From assembly GCA_963668355.1 (NCBI GenBank), contig OY764265.1, forward strand, positions 2,464,001 through 2,528,000: a stretch of DNA of 64,000 nt. Direction: 5' to 3'. Origin of the DNA: Bdellovibrionota bacterium. GTDB lineage: Bacteria > Bdellovibrionota_G > JALEGL01 > DATDPG01. Below are positions 58,237 to 64,000 of this stretch, piece after piece; position 1 is the first letter of the stretch, and each line of letters begins with the position of its first letter. A model generated the notes under the pieces. That model made no database searches. It saw only the letters and a list, made by a program, of their open reading frames with translations, and was not told where the DNA came from. The position numbers were made by a program, and so were the translations under genes.

Positions 58237-59721
58237 ATGACGGTAAGAATTTTCGGGAAGTTAAGAACCTTTTTAAGCTATTTAACGTGTCATCCGCTAT
58301 CCTGGCTGGGCTCCCTCGCCACGACCATGGGGGTTGTTTTTGCGGCAGTATATTTTTGGGTTGATCTCACACACACCTCCGAAAACCCATATTTAGGAGC
58401 CATTTTTCTTACAGTCGTTCCCCCCCTGTTCTTTGGCGGACTGGTTTTGATTCCACTGGGGATTTATTTTCGAGCCAAAAAAATCAAGAAGACTCAAGCA
58501 ACTGACACTCCACTTTCCACGGTTATTTTTAACATGGGAGACCTTCGCCAGCTCACCCCCACGATCGGGATTTTTCTGATTCTTTCCGTATTCAACGGGA
58601 TCATTGCTTTGGGAATTGCTCTGTCTGGTTATCACTATATGGACTCTTCGACGTTTTGTGGTCGAGTGTGCCACACGGTCATGAAGCCGGAATACACAGC
58701 TTATCAGAGATCCCCCCATGCACGTATCGATTGTGTGGACTGTCATATTGGAGAAGGGGCTGAGTGGTTCGTGCGATCCAAGCTCAGCGGAACCCGGCAA
58801 CTTTGGAATGTGGCCAGGGGAACTTACCAACGTCCCATTCCGGTTCCCATTGAGCATTTGCGTCCTGCTCGGGAAACTTGTGAGCAATGCCACTGGCCAG
58901 AAAAATTTCACGGGGGAAAACTCAAACTCATCCCTCATTTCGCTGAAGACAAGGAAAACACCAAATTATATACCGTCTTAATCCTCAATGTTGGGGGCGC
59001 GGGGGAAGGGCTCGGTGGAAGTGGTATTCACTGGCACGTAACTCGGGGAAATCAAGTCAAGTACGTTTCTGAAAAAGGCGAGCGCCAAAGAATTTTGTCT
59101 ATAACTCTGGAGCGTAAGGGTGAAGAGCCCATGGTCTACAAGTATGTCAATATGGAAAATCCAAAGGAAGTTTTTGAACGTAAGCATGAGCGCCTGATGG
59201 ACTGTGTGGATTGTCACAACCGTCCGACTCATATCTATGAGATTCCAGAAGAAGCCCTCGATCAGGCTATGGTCACGAACCCCAAATTTCAAAACATTCC
59301 ATGGTTTAAAAAAACGGGCTTAAGGATCCTTAAGACTTCCCACACCCGAGAAGAGATAGACTCCAAAATCATTAAGAAAAATCTTCTGGCTTGGTATCGA
59401 GATCGTCCAGAGCACGGGGTGAGTGTTAGCGATGAAGTTTTGGAAAGTGCTGGAGATGAACTTCAAAATATTTATGCGCGAAATATTTGGCCGGAGATGA
59501 ATATCACCTGGGGAACCTATCCCAGCCATTTGAGTCATATTCATTCCCCAGGGTGTTTTCGTTGCCACGACAACAATCATCGCACATCAGAAGGTGTTCC
59601 CATTAATGCAGATTGTCGGATTTGCCATGCCATCTTTGCCATCAAAGAAAAGAACCCACCAATCTTAAAACGATTAAGGGGAAAACAAATGGATAAAGCA
59701 GAATTTCTCCTAAAACGGTGA
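58237..59721 (+). CDS. Membrane-anchored NapC/NirT-type multiheme cytochrome c
   Basis: Three N-terminal TM segments; CGRVCH, CVDCH, CEQCH, CVDCH, CFRCH, CRICH. Confidence 0.9.
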   Translation: MTVRIFGKLRTFLSYLTCHPLSWLGSLATTMGVVFAAVYFWVDLTHTSENPYLGAIFLTVVPPLFFGGLVLIPLGIYFRAKKIKKTQATDTPLSTVIFNMGDLRQLTPTIGIFLILSVFNGIIALGIALSGYHYMDSSTFCGRVCHTVMKPEYTAYQRSPHARIDCVDCHIGEGAEWFVRSKLSGTRQLWNVARGTYQRPIPVPIEHLRPARETCEQCHWPEKFHGGKLKLIPHFAEDKENTKLYTVLILNVGGAGEGLGGSGIHWHVTRGNQVKYVSEKGERQRILSITLERKGEEPMVYKYVNMENPKEVFERKHERLMDCVDCHNRPTHIYEIPEEALDQAMVTNPKFQNIPWFKKTGLRILKTSHTREEIDSKIIKKNLLAWYRDRPEHGVSVSDEVLESAGDELQNIYARNIWPEMNITWGTYPSHLSHIHSPGCFRCHDNNHRTSEGVPINADCRICHAIFAIKEKNPPILKRLRGKQMDKAEFLLKR

Positions 59722-59729
59722 GCCCCATG

Positions 59730-59787
59730 TAGTTCCGATGGCACACTGTTTAACTACTTAATTAAGTTTTGTGTCACCTTTGAGTTC
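59730..59787. repeat. Degenerate REP-like hairpin
   Basis: TAGTTCCGATGGCACAC...ACTTAATTAAGT...GTGTCACC. Confidence 0.5.
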
Positions 59788-59859
59788 TTCTTCTGTGGGC
59801 ATGGAGAAACGAATATCACAATATTCGTTAGTCCCCGAAGTGAATTTCATCATCGAATT

Positions 59860-60870
59860 CAAATGGATTTTAAGGCCGAAAATGAAAAAGGAGCCCGCGT
59901 CCTAAAAGATTTCCCTGCACCCATTTCTTTTTTCCTCGAAGACCCGAGACCGATTTCCAAACTCCTCTCATCCAAAAATCGGATTCAGTCGTGTGTCCCG
60001 CGATTCAAGGGAAATGGGAATTTGAACTTCATTTGGGACAGGCAACGAGGGAGGAGCGGGCCACTGTGCCACCGGGTTGGGTGAAACAGGTAGCAGGTGG
60101 TCAAGGGGCAAAGGAGTGCGCAGATGTTGAGATCAGTGACGAGAGTTATGTAGTGGATCCCCAGTATGACGAGGCAGCCGCAATAGGCACGTAGACTGAA
60201 TAGAAGAAAACATCATTTTGAAGGATAAGATGCACAGGTGTGCGAAAAACGGGGGCTTTGTGGTCATTCGTGGGGTTTCCAAAGAGATTCGAGATGTCAG
60301 GATGGGTGGATGGCGGGGGCAGGGCGTCAAAATTTTCAAAAAATGGGGGAAAGGCTCGATGCCTCAGGTTCAAGAATAGGAGCCAGGGGAAAGTTCGTGT
60401 CTACCGATGGGAAAGGAATTCCCTATACGTAAAACCCGTTTGGTGGTGACGATCAATTCTTTTGTAAAGAGATTAATCCCTTGGCCGATAGTTGTTGGCA
60501 TCATGTTCAGGTTGTCTTAGCCGGAGGACCAGCAAGCTATGTGAATGTGGGTGTTTATCTCGTCACATCAAAGGTTAGAGCACCGATTTCTACCGACATT
60601 TTCCATCTTATGGTGCAACGAAATTGGCCAGGCCCACCCTTCAATCCTCCATGGCCACCGGCGGATAATGCTAAGGGAGAGTTCTGCTTACCCTAGTGAT
60701 TGGTGATCAAGGAGTTCCGGCGAAGGATTCTCCACGACGCATATAGCTCGTCTGTACCCAGTCACACCTGTTCAAATGGGGGAATCAGAGTTCTCATTGT
60801 TCCAGTCGCAAGAAAATACGCACAAAATCGGAAGCTCTTGAAAAAAGCATATTTTTCTCAGTCATTCTCG
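59860..60870 (+). pseudogene. Possible decayed gene remnant
   Basis: ~1 kb with only short ORF fragments in shifting frames; no family recognised. Confidence 0.3.
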
Positions 60871-60875
60871 CCAGC

Positions 60876-60962
60876 TAGTTCCGGTGACACACAACTTAAT
60901 AGTTCAGGAGACACGATACTTAATTACTCACCGCGCAAATAAGTTTCGCGTCCCCGGAACTA
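60876..60962. repeat. REP-like hairpin with tandemly duplicated left arm
   Basis: TAGTTCCGGTGACACACAACTTAA / TAGTTCAGGAGACACGATACTTAA (24-nt period), then TAAGTTTCGCGTCCCCGGAACTA. Confidence 0.75.
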
Positions 60963-61148
60963 TACAAATGTGATCATAATTCTCTTCGGTTAGAGGCTGA
61001 ACACGAAAGAAAAAATTTTCGACATCCCCGTAGGGAAGAACTATGAGATACCCCTCTTCGGCCAAGTGTGGGTCCCGCGACTGTGCCGTATCCATGCCGG
61101 TGGTCCCGTGGCGCGCTCCTCCCTCGTTGGCTGTCCCAAATGGCGTAT

Positions 61149-63140
61149 CTAATTCACTTCGTTCGATCGTACGATGCGTTCCATGAAACGATAACGTTCT
61201 CTGTAGTACCGGGTGATATTTTCGTCGCCACGAATGCTGTGACCTTGGCCCGGAATTTCTAGAAATGTGGAGTCTTTTTTGAGCTTCTTTAACTTCGCGT
61301 GAAAAAGACGACTTTCAGCTACGGGTATTCGGCTATCGTTTTTTCCGTGAGCCAGAAATACGGGGACTTGTAGGTTATCTGCATAATGAATGGGGGAGTG
61401 ATACATGAGTTGTTCTCTTTGGATTTTTGGATTCCCAAATTCTTTGTCAATCCAACCGGGAATATTCACGGTTTCATGGGCTCCGACGAGATCGTAAATC
61501 CCGGCAAAGGCCAGAGCAAAGCCAAAGGGAAAGCGATATTTTTCTTGGGGTGGAAGTGTGAGCGCTCGAATGGCAGCCCAGCCTCCATGACTTCCTCCGA
61601 AGGTTCCCATCTGTTGAGGTTTCAACGAATAACGCCGCTTTAGATATCGAGCACCGGCAATCACATCTCTCACCGGCGCATCCGCATTCTCACCGTCGTT
61701 GGCTTCGAAAAACTCCTTTCCATGAAACCAACTCCCCCTAACGGCTGGACTCAGGGTACTGATTCCAACTGCACAATCGGCTTGTGCTTGCAGGCTGAAA
61801 GAATTGTAGCCTCCATAAAAAGCTAGCAATAAGTAAAGATGTTGAGCGGGATCAGGAAGAGGCTTCTTTGGTGTATACAGTAAAGCTGGAATTTTCCATG
61901 GTTGCCCACTCTTAGGATTCAAGTCAGGAGACGAGTAACTGATTCGTTCGACATCGCAATGGATCAAGCTCTCTTTTAAGGTTTTTGGGTATTCTATGTA
62001 TGGTTTCCAATTCACTTTCAGCTTTTTGTCGAAAGAGATTGTGGCCAGAAGAGCTTCGTAGGGTGTGCTGGCATCTTTACGAACAACTAACAATTGATTG
62101 CCATGTATGTCAGCAAAGCTCGCCGTACCCGATAGATTTTTTTTGTAATGAATCTTTCCTGTTAGAGGATCCACGATTTGAAAGACAGTGTCCCAGCCAT
62201 TCTTCATCGTAAAAGCTATCCAATACCTCTCCTGATCTTGGAGCATGGCCGTGTAATCGATCGAACTTTTGTTATGGGTAAGTTGTACGCGTTTCTTCTG
62301 GGCGATGTTATAGCGATAAAGATTGATGAATCCATCTTCATCTGAAGCGTAGTGAATCGTATTTTCATCTACCCAGGGTTGTAGGGGCCAGGTTTCGGAA
62401 CGTTCGACAGTTTTGTCTGAGAACAAAGTGTAATGCCCATTTTTCCGGTCAAAAAAGAAAAGGTTTCTTTTTGTTCGGTCATTATCGGCCAGCAGTGTAA
62501 AGGCTATTCGATTTGCGCTGGGGCTAAACGCAATTCCACCCCACGAAAATTTAAAGGGAAGGTCTTTATCGCAAAACAACCGAGAGTTTTGTTGTTTAGA
62601 TGTATTGAACTCTTCCAGACAATTGTAGTGATTGGGATTGAAACCATGCCTTGATGTGTAAGCAATGTGTTCGTGGCTTTCGTCAAAACGAAACGAGTAA
62701 ATGTACTCTGTTTGAGTAAGAACCTTCGATTTGCCACTTTTTCTTGGGAAGAACCAAAGTTTTATGATTTCGTCGTTTTTTTCGTCTCCTCGAACCACGA
62801 TTCCATCCAATTTCTTGTTGTATTGAGGCTGCCAAAACGTTCGTTGGTTAAAGTTTATTGATGATATTTGGTGTGATTTTTCGAGGTTGATCCCATCTTT
62901 GGTTGAAAGGTTGTGGAGATACAATCCAGGTTTTGTGGTTTTTAAAAAGAAGAGTTCCTTCGATTCGAGATTCGGCGTGATCCAATTATAGGGAAAGCCA
63001 TACAAATAAGGTTGAAGATCAACCGTTCTTTTTAAAAATTTAGCACCAAAATCAATTGTGCTTGTGGAGGGCGATGAGGGGGCTCGAGAGCATGCGCCTA
63101 CAGTGGTTGAGATCAATAAAAAGAGGAGAAATCGATTCAT
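61149..63140 (-). CDS. S9 prolyl oligopeptidase-family lipoprotein
   Basis: Lipobox VGAC, propeller region, GGSHGG, HGKNDSRI, GQGH. Confidence 0.88.
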   Translation of the reverse strand: MNRFLLFLLISTTVGACSRAPSSPSTSTIDFGAKFLKRTVDLQPYLYGFPYNWITPNLESKELFFLKTTKPGLYLHNLSTKDGINLEKSHQISSINFNQRTFWQPQYNKKLDGIVVRGDEKNDEIIKLWFFPRKSGKSKVLTQTEYIYSFRFDESHEHIAYTSRHGFNPNHYNCLEEFNTSKQQNSRLFCDKDLPFKFSWGGIAFSPSANRIAFTLLADNDRTKRNLFFFDRKNGHYTLFSDKTVERSETWPLQPWVDENTIHYASDEDGFINLYRYNIAQKKRVQLTHNKSSIDYTAMLQDQERYWIAFTMKNGWDTVFQIVDPLTGKIHYKKNLSGTASFADIHGNQLLVVRKDASTPYEALLATISFDKKLKVNWKPYIEYPKTLKESLIHCDVERISYSSPDLNPKSGQPWKIPALLYTPKKPLPDPAQHLYLLLAFYGGYNSFSLQAQADCAVGISTLSPAVRGSWFHGKEFFEANDGENADAPVRDVIAGARYLKRRYSLKPQQMGTFGGSHGGWAAIRALTLPPQEKYRFPFGFALAFAGIYDLVGAHETVNIPGWIDKEFGNPKIQREQLMYHSPIHYADNLQVPVFLAHGKNDSRIPVAESRLFHAKLKKLKKDSTFLEIPGQGHSIRGDENITRYYRERYRFMERIVRSNEVN

Positions 63141-63216
63141 AACCAGCCTTTTATATGAAAGTTCACTTTTTTTGAAATCCGACTAGGATGCGCTGGCTAT
63201 GACAAAATACCGTGGA

Positions 63217-63283
63217 TTCTAGGGACACACGACGTAACCCAAACTCTTTCCTATTTAGGTTTCGGCGTGTGTCCCCGGAACTA
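63217..63283. repeat. REP-like hairpin
   Basis: TTCTAGGGACACACG...CGTGTGTCCCCGGAACTA imperfect inverted repeat. Confidence 0.75.
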
Positions 63284-63285
63284 TG

Positions 63286-63415
63286 CAAATTATTGGAAAA
63301 ACCCAATCCCCAAATCACGAACAGGAAAACCAACGAAAATGGAAGAGAATGTTTCCTGATGAACGCTGTCGGAACTTTAAACATGGTTGTTTTCTACTCT
63401 AAACGATGTTGCGAA
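63286..63415. repeat. 130-bp direct repeat, copy 2 (truncated 5' end of the TMTC-like gene)
   Basis: Encodes the same first 33 codons MFKVPT...FSNNL on the minus strand, then runs into the hairpin. Confidence 0.95.
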
Positions 63416-63635
63416 GCTTTCCCAAAGTCGATATTTAAACGACATCCTCGGTGTTTTTGAAGCGCCTCTTTTCATTAGAACAAAGGATGTGAGGATTTTT
63501 GTCTTTGCCCAACCCGTTAAAAAATTTCATACTGTTTTCTCCGAAGAGAGAGTGTGTGAAATCTTTTCATAGACGAACAAATGGCTTGTTGTAAAATTTG
63601 TTAACGATTTCTGACTGTTAAGTCGAGTGCCGCTG

Positions 63636-63652
63636 TTGGTATGTGAATTGCT
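63636..63652 (+). promoter_or_regulatory. Sigma54 promoter
   Basis: TTGGTATGTGAATTGCT. Confidence 0.65.
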
Positions 63653-63694
63653 CTAGTTTTGTCTTGGGGATAATAGTTACCTGGGAGGCTAAGG

Positions 63695-64000
63695 GTGAGG
63701 GGATCTTTCGTATCGATTGGGTTTGCGTTCGTTCTGTCTGTCTATTTGAGTTCTTTGGGCTGTACGTCAAGTTTGAATTACACGGCGACGGCTCCATCTT
63801 CCTCCGCATTAAGTGAAATTGCTCATGCTGCGAACGTAGATGAAGTTTCGTTGAAGACGCATGTAAATGCACTGGTCAGTCGAGGAGGTTTGGTGGCACT
63901 TTCAAGTGTTGAGAGTCCGGAAGATTTTCCGGTTTTGGCCTGCGTGGCCGATACGATGCATGATGGAACCTTAAATCTTTCGGATTTGGTGCTGGTTGCG
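63695..64000 (+). CDS. Lipoprotein, partial (runs off window; not in ORF track)
   Basis: GGAGG RBS, GTG start, MRGSFVSIGFAFVLSVYLSSLGC lipobox, open to the edge; ends DTMHDGTLNLSDLVLVA. Confidence 0.75.
   Translation, partial: MRGSFVSIGFAFVLSVYLSSLGCTSSLNYTATAPSSSALSEIAHAANVDEVSLKTHVNALVSRGGLVALSSVESPEDFPVLACVADTMHDGTLNLSDLVLVA

Noticed and set aside
60876..60923. 24-nt tandem unit as a CRISPR repeat
   Set aside because: Only two adjacent imperfect copies, no spacers, no cas genes
59730..63283. Hairpins as integron attC sites
   Set aside because: Ends read GTT...AAC rather than RYYYAAC...GTTRRRY, the flanked genes are not co-oriented, and no intI is present
63163..63384. 73-aa ORF as an independent gene
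   Set aside because: It is the duplicated 33-codon start of the TMTC-like gene reading through the hairpin

Overview
Bacterial chromosomal window. Myxobacterial-style Ser/Thr kinase-PEGA genes suggest a Myxococcota/Bdellovibrionota-like deltaproteobacterium (inference only). The core (10.9-33.3 kb) is a hydrogen/anaerobic-metabolism region: hypFCDE, Fur-boxed feoAB, a MarR-led hdrCBA-mvhDGA-protease operon (group 3c NiFe), a convergent four-subunit group 3b NiFe hydrogenase with its own protease, and hypAB. Around it are amino-acid catabolism genes (tnaA, Cys/Met gamma-lyase, ALDH7, M29 peptidase, POT-like MFS), Fe-SOD and a signal-peptide Ni-SOD, two GT-C-like glycosyltransferases, a multiheme cytochrome and many orphan exported proteins. 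Two genes run off the window edges and are absent from the ORF track (1-1676 minus, 63695-64000 plus). Non-coding structure read from the sequence: (i) five sigma54 -24/-12 promoters, all in front of orphan exported/lipoprotein genes; (ii) repeated TGAT-N4-ATCA Crp/Fnr-like sites; (iii) a 5.15-kb segment bracketed by a 130-bp direct repeat and subdivided by REP-like hairpins; (iv) a diverged ~95-bp repeat flanking the ALDH gene. No rRNA, tRNA, CRISPR array, transposase or integrase was recognised. All product calls come from motif recognition by eye; no database searches were run.
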